Source: Planctomycetota bacterium (lineage in GTDB: Bacteria > Planctomycetota > MHYJ01 > WSZJ01). Taken from it: a DNA stretch of 64,000 nucleotides. The DNA is taken from positions 160,001 through 224,000 of the forward strand of contig JBBTCT010000022.1 in assembly GCA_038060895.1 (NCBI GenBank), given 5' to 3'. The notes below the pieces were generated by a model. The model ran no database searches. It had not been told where the DNA came from and saw only the letters and a program-made list of their open reading frames with translations. Of this stretch, positions 38,879 to 45,772 are shown in pieces (the first letter of the stretch is position 1; every line of letters starts with the position of its first letter). The position numbers were made by a program, and so were the translations under genes.

Positions 38879-38994
38879 TGAATGCAGGGGTGTGATCGAT
38901 CGATTGGCTTGTCGTTCGGCCCGGGCGGAGCCGGCCGTATGGCGGAGGTCGGGACGAACGACGAGCCAATCGATCGATCACACCCCTGCATTCA
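38879..38994. repeat. Long hairpin (~40-bp stem) at the 3' end of the CTC tRNA
   Basis: tgaatgcaggggtgtgatcgatcgattggcttgtcgttcg...cgaacgacgagccaatcgatcgatcacacccctgcattca. Confidence 0.9.
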
Positions 38995-39067
38995 TCGGGG
39001 TTGAAGGAGTTGAACCTTCATCTGCGCATTGAGGGGGCGCCGTCCTCAGCCATTAGACGAAACCCCA
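38995..39067 (-). tRNA. tRNA with CTC anticodon (Glu) on a Gln-like acceptor, C33
   Basis: TGGGGTT/AACCCCG acceptor; GCGCC-CCCTCAA-TGCGC. Confidence 0.7.
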
Positions 39068-39089
39068 GGAAGGCGAGGGCAGCAGAGAT

Positions 39090-39230
39090 TCAGAAAAACC
39101 GGCTCCCGATTCCCGGGTTGGGAATGGGATGACATGGAACCGGAAGCCGGTTCGGGAAGATCCGCCGGTTATCAAAGATCACTTCGCGCTGCGTCGGTTG
39201 ACCGCAACTTGCGCTTCCATCTCCTGGCAT
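39090..39230 (-). CDS. Putative leader peptide (46 aa) of the tRNA array
   Basis: AGGAGG RBS 6 nt before ATG; the ORF runs through the boxA-like site and the terminator. Confidence 0.45.
   Translation of the reverse strand: MPGDGSASCGQPTQREVIFDNRRIFPNRLPVPCHPIPNPGIGSRFF
39094..39152 (-). terminator. Intrinsic terminator/attenuator hairpin
   Basis: AACCGGCTTCCGGTTCC...GGAATCGGGAGCCGGTTTTT; the G-U pairs fit the minus-strand RNA. Confidence 0.6.
39168..39182 (-). promoter_or_regulatory. boxA-like antitermination element
   Basis: GTGATCTTTGATAAC resembles the rrn boxA (CTTTGAAAAC/CTTTAACAA). Confidence 0.55.
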
Positions 39231-39245
39231 GACGTTCCTCCTGCA

Positions 39246-39316
39246 AGGGACCGGTCGGGGTTGCACCGACGTCTCCCGGGCCACAGCCGGGCGGTCTGCT
39301 GTTGAGCTACAGTCCC
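39246..39316 (-). tRNA. trnH: tRNA-His(GTG)-like, lacking G-1:C73
   Basis: CCCGG-CTGTGGC-CCGGG; C at -1, U73; T-loop TGCAACC. Confidence 0.7.
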
Positions 39317-39338
39317 GTGGCGGCGCCGGTCTGGAAGG

Positions 39339-39365
39339 TTGATGAGTGAAGCGGCGAAAAGGTTC
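39339..39365 (-). promoter_or_regulatory. Candidate ECF-sigma promoter for the array
   Basis: GAACC-N16-CATCAA just upstream of the first tRNA. Confidence 0.35.
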
Positions 39366-39381
39366 GCGCGTGTGGAAAACG

Positions 39382-39415
39382 AAAACGCCGCCGAGTGATC
39401 GGCGGCGTTCTGTTT
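39382..39415. terminator. Rho-independent terminator
   Basis: aaaacgccgccga-gtga-tcggcggcgttctgttt. Confidence 0.7.
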
Positions 39416-39435
39416 GATCCTGGTCTGGCCGGCGG

Positions 39436-39663
39436 CTACATGCACTCGTTGCCCATTCCGACGTCTTCCGAACCGGCGCCGGATTCCGAGTCCATGCCGC
39501 CTTCGGTCGCGTCGCCGCCGGAGTGATCGTCCGTGCCGGGGAGCGGGCCGTCGCCGGTGCCGCCACCGTCGTAACCCGGCGCGGGCGGGGGAGGGCAGGC
39601 GAACGTCAGGACCGGGCTGGACAGGACTGCGAGGGTCACGAGCGCGATGATGAAGAGTTTCAT
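39436..39663 (-). CDS. Small exported acidic Gly/Pro-rich peptide
   Basis: RBS aaggag; signal peptide MKLFIIALVTLAVLSSPVLTFA; followed by a terminator. Confidence 0.65.
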   Translation of the reverse strand: MKLFIIALVTLAVLSSPVLTFACPPPPAPGYDGGGTGDGPLPGTDDHSGGDATEGGMDSESGAGSEDVGMGNECM

Positions 39664-39919
39664 GGTTATCTCCTTGATTTCTTTGTTTGAAGGCGTTTGT
39701 TTGTTTCGTACGACGGAAGTATGTATAGCAACGGGGGTGCCACTCGTTCCGCCTGCCGCCAACATCGACATAAAGCGTGTATTAGTAGTGTCTTGCGAGC
39801 GAATCACGATTTCCATGGCGCTCGAATTGAGCCATTAGCGTACGAAAACAAGACGATAACGCCGTACGCGAGTATGGGATTCGATCCCAAGCGGGTGCCA
39901 GCCTCTGCCAGCCACGCGC

Positions 39920-39975
39920 TTGACAGTTGCCGCCTTATGTCATATATTTCTGTATAGACAGAACAATCAGAAACG
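39920..39975 (+). promoter_or_regulatory. Sigma70-type promoter with palindromic operator
   Basis: TTGACA -35, AT-rich -10, ttctgtatagacagaa palindrome; similar site near 40538. Confidence 0.55.
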
Positions 39976-39987
39976 GAGGTCTCCCCC

Positions 39988-40512
39988 ATGAATCTCACCA
40001 CCACCGAAAAGAAGTTCATCCTCCACTGGGGCGAAATGGGAACCCGCTGGGGGATCAACCGCACCGTCGCCCAGGTCCACGCCCTTCTCTACATCTCGGG
40101 CCGCCCCGTCCCCGCCGATGAAATCGCCGAGACGCTCTCCGTCGCGCGCTCCAACGTCTCCACCTCGCTCCGCGAACTCCAGGGCTGGGGCCTCGCCAAG
40201 GTGACCCACGTCCTCGGCGACCGCAGGGATCACTTCGAGACCTTCCAGGACGTCTGGGCCATGTTCAAGCTCGTGGCGCAGGAGCGGAAGCGCCGCGAGA
40301 TTGACCCGACGCTGGCGATGCTGAAAGAGGCGATCGAGCAGGCGAACAAGGATGGCGAGAAGGCGGCCAGGGAGAGACTCGAGCACATGCTGGAGTTCTT
40401 CGAGACGCTGACGGCCACCTTCGACGAGTTCGTGAAGATGTCGCCGGGGGCGCTTCGGAAGGTCGTGAAGTATGGCGGGAAGCTGCAGAAGCTGCTGGGG
40501 GTCGGGACTTAG
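39988..40512 (+). CDS. GbsR/MarR family transcriptional regulator
   Basis: FILHWGEMGTRWGINRTVAQVHALLY, RSNVSTSLREL, GDRRDHF. Confidence 0.92.
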   Translation: MNLTTTEKKFILHWGEMGTRWGINRTVAQVHALLYISGRPVPADEIAETLSVARSNVSTSLRELQGWGLAKVTHVLGDRRDHFETFQDVWAMFKLVAQERKRREIDPTLAMLKEAIEQANKDGEKAARERLEHMLEFFETLTATFDEFVKMSPGALRKVVKYGGKLQKLLGVGT

Positions 40513-40564
40513 GCCGGTCTTTTTTTTCGCGCTGAACATTTCAAAACTTACAGAAAGAACGGTT

Positions 40565-41803
40565 ATGACAGCCCACAGGCGATCTGCGTGGTTCTTCACC
40601 GAAGCGGCTCCGGCCCCCAGGGCCTGGGTCTGCTACGACGCGGAGTGCGCCCTGTGCACCGCCGGCGCCCGCCGCTTCGCCCCCCTCCTCGCCCGCCGCG
40701 GCATCGAAACCGTGCCGCTTCAGGCCGAGTGGGTCCGCGCGCGCCTCGGCCTGCGCCCCGACCAGATGGCGTTCATTGCTGCCGACGGGCAGACGTTCGG
40801 CGGGGCGGAAGCCGTGGCGCGCGTCTGCCGCGAGATCGGGTGGGCGTGGCCCGCGTGGGCGGCGAGCCGCGTGCCCGGAGTCGGCGCCCTCATGCGCGCC
40901 GGGTATCGCTGGGTCTCCGCGCGCCGGCATTGCGCGGGCGGGGCGTGCCGGATCGAGAAGCGGTCCGACGCCGTGACGTGGGAGCCGCTGGTGGTCCTGC
41001 CCGCGGCGGTGTTCGCGCTTCGCGAAGCGCTTCCCGCGTGGCTGTGGATGTGGGCGCTGTGCGCGGCGTTCTTCGCGGGATTCAAGTGGGTGACGCTCCG
41101 GAAAGCGCCGCCCGCCCGGCTCGGTGCGAGTCTCGCGTACGTCTTCACGTGGCCCGGCATGGACGCGAAGCGCTTCCTCCACGGCCGCGCGAAATCCGCG
41201 CCACGCACTTCCGAGTGGGCCGCGGCCGCGGTCAAGGTCGCCGTCGGTGTGGCGCTGTTCTTCTGCGTCCCTCGCTTCGTCGCCGACCCGCTCCTCGCCG
41301 CGTGGATCGCCATGGCCGGCCTGATCTTCGCCGTCCACTGCGGCGCCTTTCACCTCGCCAGCTGCGCCTGGCGCGCCGCCGGCCGCGACGCCGACCCCGT
41401 CATGAACGCGCCGCTCCTCGCCACGTCCCCCTCCGGTTTCTGGAGCGGCCGCTGGAACCGCGGCTTCAGCGACCTCGCCCGCGACCTCGTCGTGCGGCCC
41501 CTCCGCCGCGCCCCCGGCCTCGCGCTCTTCACCGTCTTCGCCCTCAGCGGCCTCGTCCACGAACTCGTCATCAGCGTCCCCGCCCGCGGCGGCTGGGGCC
41601 TGCCCACCGCGTACTTCGTCCTGCAAGGCGCCGCCGTCGCGCTCGAGCGCAGCCGGCTGGGGAAGCGGCTCGGTCTCGATCGCGGCCTGACCGGAAGGCT
41701 CTTCGCGTGGACCGTCGTCGCAGGCCCCGCGTTCTTCCTCTTCCACCCCCCGTTCGTGCACGGCGTCGTGCTGCCGATGCTTCGAGCGGCGGGGGTGAAG
41801 TGA
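40565..41803 (+). CDS. DCC1/DUF393 thiol-disulfide oxidoreductase fused to MBOAT acyltransferase
   Basis: YDAECALC; GYRWVSARRHC; FWSGRWN and SGLVHE MBOAT motifs. Confidence 0.85.
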   Translation: MTAHRRSAWFFTEAAPAPRAWVCYDAECALCTAGARRFAPLLARRGIETVPLQAEWVRARLGLRPDQMAFIAADGQTFGGAEAVARVCREIGWAWPAWAASRVPGVGALMRAGYRWVSARRHCAGGACRIEKRSDAVTWEPLVVLPAAVFALREALPAWLWMWALCAAFFAGFKWVTLRKAPPARLGASLAYVFTWPGMDAKRFLHGRAKSAPRTSEWAAAAVKVAVGVALFFCVPRFVADPLLAAWIAMAGLIFAVHCGAFHLASCAWRAAGRDADPVMNAPLLATSPSGFWSGRWNRGFSDLARDLVVRPLRRAPGLALFTVFALSGLVHELVISVPARGGWGLPTAYFVLQGAAVALERSRLGKRLGLDRGLTGRLFAWTVVAGPAFFLFHPPFVHGVVLPMLRAAGVK

Positions 41804-41816
41804 AAGGGGGATCAAG

Positions 41817-42221
41817 GTGGAAGTACTTTTCGCTGCGTTCGCCGGGATGCTGCTGGCGCCGATGCTGTTTCAGCCTCTCGTGGTGCTGTGGTGTCTGAGC
41901 CGGGTGACCGGTCCCGTTCGGCCGGAACCCAGCGCGGACCTGAGACAGGGGCTGTTGGCCTTCTGGGTACTAGTGACCGTCGCCCAAGTCGGTGGATGCG
42001 CTCTCATGCTCTGGCTCATGAATCGCAGAGCTTTGTGCGACGTCCTGACGCCTCTCGCGGCCGCCTTCTTCGGCTGGGGACTTTGGCCCGCGCGCCCTGT
42101 CGTGCTGCTCCGAATTCTGCCGACCCTTAGTCGACCGATCCGCTTCGTGGTTGTCGCAGGAGAGACGCTGATGACTGCCATTTACGGGGCCTGCACTGTT
42201 GCCTTGATTCGCAATTGGTAG
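41817..42221 (+). CDS. Membrane protein
   Basis: Four hydrophobic segments; operonic spacing. Confidence 0.5.
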   Translation: MEVLFAAFAGMLLAPMLFQPLVVLWCLSRVTGPVRPEPSADLRQGLLAFWVLVTVAQVGGCALMLWLMNRRALCDVLTPLAAAFFGWGLWPARPVVLLRILPTLSRPIRFVVVAGETLMTAIYGACTVALIRNW

Positions 42222-42232
42222 GAGGGACCACG

Positions 42233-42640
42233 ATGACTCTCATCACCGCTATCCGGCTGGCCGGCCTGCTCCAGCTCGCGCTCATCCCGGTGAACTTCGT
42301 CGCTCCCTACAAGCTCCGCTACGCCGCGAGCCTCGCCGGCGCGACGCCGGTCGTGCGCAACATCTTCTACGTGCACGCGGGCTACATCGTCTTCGTACTC
42401 GCCGGCCTCGGCGCGCTTTGCCTCGGCGCGGCGGACTTCCTGGGAAGCGGCGCCCCGCTCGCCCGCTGGACCTGCGGTTACCTCGCCGCGTTCTGGGGAA
42501 TCCGCGTCCTCGTGCAGATCTTCTACTACGACCGTGAAGAACGCCGGCGCAACCGCGCGCTCGACGTCGCGTTCCTCACGTTGTTTGGGTTCCTGGCGGC
42601 GGTGTTCGCCGCGGCGGCGAGCACAGGAGGCCTGCGATGA
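42233..42640 (+). CDS. Four-TM membrane protein
   Basis: RBS ggaggg; IFYVHAGYIV, FWGIRVLVQIFYY. Confidence 0.75.
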   Translation: MTLITAIRLAGLLQLALIPVNFVAPYKLRYAASLAGATPVVRNIFYVHAGYIVFVLAGLGALCLGAADFLGSGAPLARWTCGYLAAFWGIRVLVQIFYYDREERRRNRALDVAFLTLFGFLAAVFAAAASTGGLR

Positions 42641-42762
42641 TCGTCTTCTTCTTGCACCCACTGACGCACGTGCTGGGCGTAACCCTGATAGCGATCTCAC
42701 TCGGAGCTCTCGCGATCCTCGTCGTGACGTACCACGCGCGGCGCTACGGGTACTGGAGGTGA
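42637..42762 (+). CDS. Small membrane protein (41 aa; below the ORF-track cutoff)
   Basis: MIVFFLHPLTHVLGVTLIAISLGALAILVVTYHARRYGYWR; ATGA overlap, RBS aggagg. Confidence 0.55.
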   Translation: MIVFFLHPLTHVLGVTLIAISLGALAILVVTYHARRYGYWR

Positions 42763-42764
42763 CC

Positions 42765-43199
42765 ATGCTTCCCGAACTCATGCCGAGGTGCCTTCTGATG
42801 GCCGGTCTTGGACACTTCCTCGTCCTCGCCGCAAGCTTCCAGGTCCCTGCGCGTCTGGGCTGGAAGGAAGAACTCGCGCGCCTCCGCCCCCTGAACCGCA
42901 AGCTGATGTGGATCTACGGCGGATTTACCGTCCTCACGATCGTCGCGTTCGGCTTCCTGACGCTCTTCCTCCGCGACGAAATGCTCCTCGGCGACAAGGC
43001 CGCGGTCGCGCTCGCGGCGTTCATCGGCGTGTACTGGGCCGCGCGCATCGGCGTCGACGTGTTCTATTTCAGTCACGACGACTGGCCGAAGGGGCGCCAG
43101 TTCGTGGTCGGGCATGCGCTGCTGATGATGCTGTTCGCGTTTCTGGCGGTGACGTACTTCGGGCTCGTCGTGTGGCAGCTCTCGGGGGGCGCGCGATGA
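42765..43199 (+). CDS. Four-TM membrane protein, paralog of 42233-42640
   Basis: VPARLGWKEELARL...LMWIYGGF, YWAARIGVDVFYF. Confidence 0.75.
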   Translation: MLPELMPRCLLMAGLGHFLVLAASFQVPARLGWKEELARLRPLNRKLMWIYGGFTVLTIVAFGFLTLFLRDEMLLGDKAAVALAAFIGVYWAARIGVDVFYFSHDDWPKGRQFVVGHALLMMLFAFLAVTYFGLVVWQLSGGAR

Positions 43200-44044
43200 G
43201 AACGGACTTCGATGAGCAGTGCACCGTCGGTTGCACCGCCTTCATCGGCCTGGGGATTCTCTGCATTTCGGGACTCGCCCTGGCGAGCTCGGCCATCGAA
43301 TTCAGCATCGTCGTGATCGCCGTCGCGGTCTTCGGGCTTTTCATTGGCCTTGCGATCACCTTGATCGCAGTGGACAGCCCGCGCCCGGCTATCAATTTCA
43401 GGTCGAAGCGAAACGCCTTGCCCGCGCCGGCAAGCCCGGCCTCCCTTCGCCTCGAGCCTGTCCCGCATGCGGAACCCATCTGGACCCGCGGAGGCCCGGC
43501 GATGCGCGCCCACGTCGAGGCCCGCACGCGAATCGAGACGATCTTCCTCGCACTCATGGCCTCCGTGGCCGTCCAGGCGATTGCAATGACTGCGCTCTTC
43601 GCGCGCAGCGACGAGAATCCCACGATGGCCGCTCTGGGCGCAGTCGCATTCCTTCCCGTCGCCCTGGCGACGCTGACCGCCTCGCGCCGCGATGGAGGCG
43701 ACTGCGCGGTGACCACCGCGACCCTGGTCGCCGTGCTCGGCGGCGGTTCCAACATCGGACTCTCCATCACCGTCTGGTTCGCCGCGCCCCCTTTCGGCCA
43801 GCTCGACCCCACGCTGTTCACGGAACATCCCGGCCGCGACTTCCTCTGGAGTCCCTTCGCAGGCGCCGGGGGACCCTGGTTCCTCTCCGGCCTCGCCACA
43901 CTTCTCGTCGCCCGCGCTTCACGCCCCGGTGGATGGCCGGGGAGTTCCATCCATTCGCGCGAAGCGGCGGCGTGGTGGATGAACGGCGTGCCGGTCATCA
44001 GCCTGCTGGCCTACGGATTCGCGATGCAGATGGCACGCCGCTGA
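43196..44044 (+). CDS. Membrane protein
   Basis: ATGA overlap; multiple TM segments. Confidence 0.5.
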   Translation: MRTDFDEQCTVGCTAFIGLGILCISGLALASSAIEFSIVVIAVAVFGLFIGLAITLIAVDSPRPAINFRSKRNALPAPASPASLRLEPVPHAEPIWTRGGPAMRAHVEARTRIETIFLALMASVAVQAIAMTALFARSDENPTMAALGAVAFLPVALATLTASRRDGGDCAVTTATLVAVLGGGSNIGLSITVWFAAPPFGQLDPTLFTEHPGRDFLWSPFAGAGGPWFLSGLATLLVARASRPGGWPGSSIHSREAAAWWMNGVPVISLLAYGFAMQMARR

Positions 44045-44100
44045 TCGTCGGCGCCCGGCGTTTCTGGTCCGACCCAATCGCTGCCCTTACGATCTCGACG

Positions 44101-45633
44101 ATGCACTCCGAGCTCGCCTACCTCTTTCGCCATGCCCTCCTGCGCGACGCGGCCTACCAGCTGCAGCTCCCCGGGGACCGCGCGCGGCTGCACGGGCTGG
44201 CGTTCGCGGTGATCGAGAAAGTGTGCGGCGGTCGCCCGCCGGAGCCGCCGGCTCTCGGGCACGCGGAGAGTCCGCCCGAACGTCCTCATCCGACGGACGG
44301 ATTTGCGGAAGCGCTCGCGGAGCATGCCGGGCTCTCCGACGGAAGCCTGAGTCCGGCGGGGATCCTGCGAGTGCGCCGGCTTTACCTGCGCCGCGCGGCG
44401 GAGTTCGCGGCGAAACGTTTCCGCCCAGGCGCGGCCGTCCGCCTGTGGGAGCAATTCGCAGGACTCTCGGAAGAGCGCGAGAAAGCGGCCGCGCTCCTGC
44501 AGGCGGGCCGGCTCGCGATCCAGGATGGCCGGACAGGGTCGGTGGAAGCGCACCTTTCGACGGCACTCGAGCTCTTTCGAAAGAGTGGCGAAGCGCGCGG
44601 CGAGGGCGCGGCGCTGGGTTACTTGTCGAGCGTCTTCGGCGAAAACGGCCAGGTCGAGAAGGCGGAGCGCATGGCGGAAGACGCGCTGCGCGTGCAGCGG
44701 GCGGCCGGGGACCGGAAGGCCGAAGGGTCCACGCTGGGGAACCTGGCGACGCTTCTGATGCGGACGGGCCGGACCGGGCCGGCGGAACGGGTGTATCGGG
44801 AGGCGCTGGACCTCCACCGTGAAACCGGGAATCGGCATCAGGAGGCGATCGCTCTGACGAACCTGGCCAGTCTCCAAAGGGACATGGGGCAATTCCGGGA
44901 AGCCGAGCCCGCATATCAGGAAGCGTTGAAGATCAATCGGAGTCTCGGCAATCGGCGCTCCGAGGGGATGGCACTTGCGAACCTGGCGATGCTCTTCGAC
45001 TTGACGGGAAGGCGCTCGCAGGCGCTGGACGGCTTCGAGCGCGCCCTCGCCATCGCCCGGGAGGTCGGGAGCAGGCTGCTGGAGGCCAGCGTCCTGGGCA
45101 ACCTCAGCAACATCTTCCTGGACACAGGCCCCCCAGGCCAGGCGGCGGACCTGCTGGCGCGCTCGCTGTCGATCGCTCGCGAGATCGGAAACAGGCACAC
45201 GGAAGCTCTTCTCCTCGCGAACCTCGCCCGTCTGCACCTGCGCGAGGGGCGGCTCGGCGAAGCCGGGCAGGGATTCGCGGAAGCGATGGCGATTCTTCGC
45301 GACATGGGAGACACGAGATCCGTGGGGATCATGGAAGCAAACCTGGCCGGCCTGCACGAGCGCGCGGGACGGATCGAGGAGGCCGAGGCCTCGCTCGGCA
45401 GGGCCCGGGAGCTGCTCCGGCAGGTCGGCGATCTGCAGACGGAGGCCAGCGTGCTGTGCGCGAGCGCCATTCTGCAGGTCCAGCGGGGGAGGCGCGACGC
45501 CGCGCTTCCCGACTGGCAGGAAGGTGCCCGCAGGCTGCGCGACTGCGGCGATGTCCAGGAACTGGAGCGCCAGATGTCCGCGATGAAGGAGGCATGCGGG
45601 AAGGCCGGCGTGCCTGCGCTTCCGGACGAATGA
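44101..45633 (+). CDS. TPR protein with N-terminal FRHALLRDAAY motif
   Basis: Repeated GNRRSEG-xLxNLA MalT-like TPR units. Confidence 0.85.
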   Translation: MHSELAYLFRHALLRDAAYQLQLPGDRARLHGLAFAVIEKVCGGRPPEPPALGHAESPPERPHPTDGFAEALAEHAGLSDGSLSPAGILRVRRLYLRRAAEFAAKRFRPGAAVRLWEQFAGLSEEREKAAALLQAGRLAIQDGRTGSVEAHLSTALELFRKSGEARGEGAALGYLSSVFGENGQVEKAERMAEDALRVQRAAGDRKAEGSTLGNLATLLMRTGRTGPAERVYREALDLHRETGNRHQEAIALTNLASLQRDMGQFREAEPAYQEALKINRSLGNRRSEGMALANLAMLFDLTGRRSQALDGFERALAIAREVGSRLLEASVLGNLSNIFLDTGPPGQAADLLARSLSIAREIGNRHTEALLLANLARLHLREGRLGEAGQGFAEAMAILRDMGDTRSVGIMEANLAGLHERAGRIEEAEASLGRARELLRQVGDLQTEASVLCASAILQVQRGRRDAALPDWQEGARRLRDCGDVQELERQMSAMKEACGKAGVPALPDE

Positions 45634-45772
45634 CAGGCGGCGTCCTTCGCTTCAGCGCTGCCTCGCGCGCGTGAGGAGCGCGCAAGGCATTTCAAACCGG
45701 CTGCGGCACGCCAGCGCGGGTAGGCCGCACCGCGCAGGAAGGCATGACGAAAGAGAGATGCGGAATCGGCGT

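Larger units (their letters stand above)
35135..39316 (-). other. tRNA gene array (34 tRNA/tRNA-like genes, all 20 amino acids)
   Basis: Each cloverleaf parsed by hand; all on the minus strand; 3' CCA essentially not encoded. Confidence 0.93.

Noticed and set aside
39026-39040. Opal (TCA) suppressor reading of the CCCTCAA loop that could read through the pnkp TGA
   Set aside because: Stem symmetry centres CTC; TCA would need an off-register loop, for which there is no support
35135-39316. CRISPR array or protein ORFs in the repetitive region
   Set aside because: The recurring ttcgaacc motifs are tRNA T-arms; there is no constant repeat-spacer period and no cas gene, and the ORF-track entries here are shadows of tRNA genes
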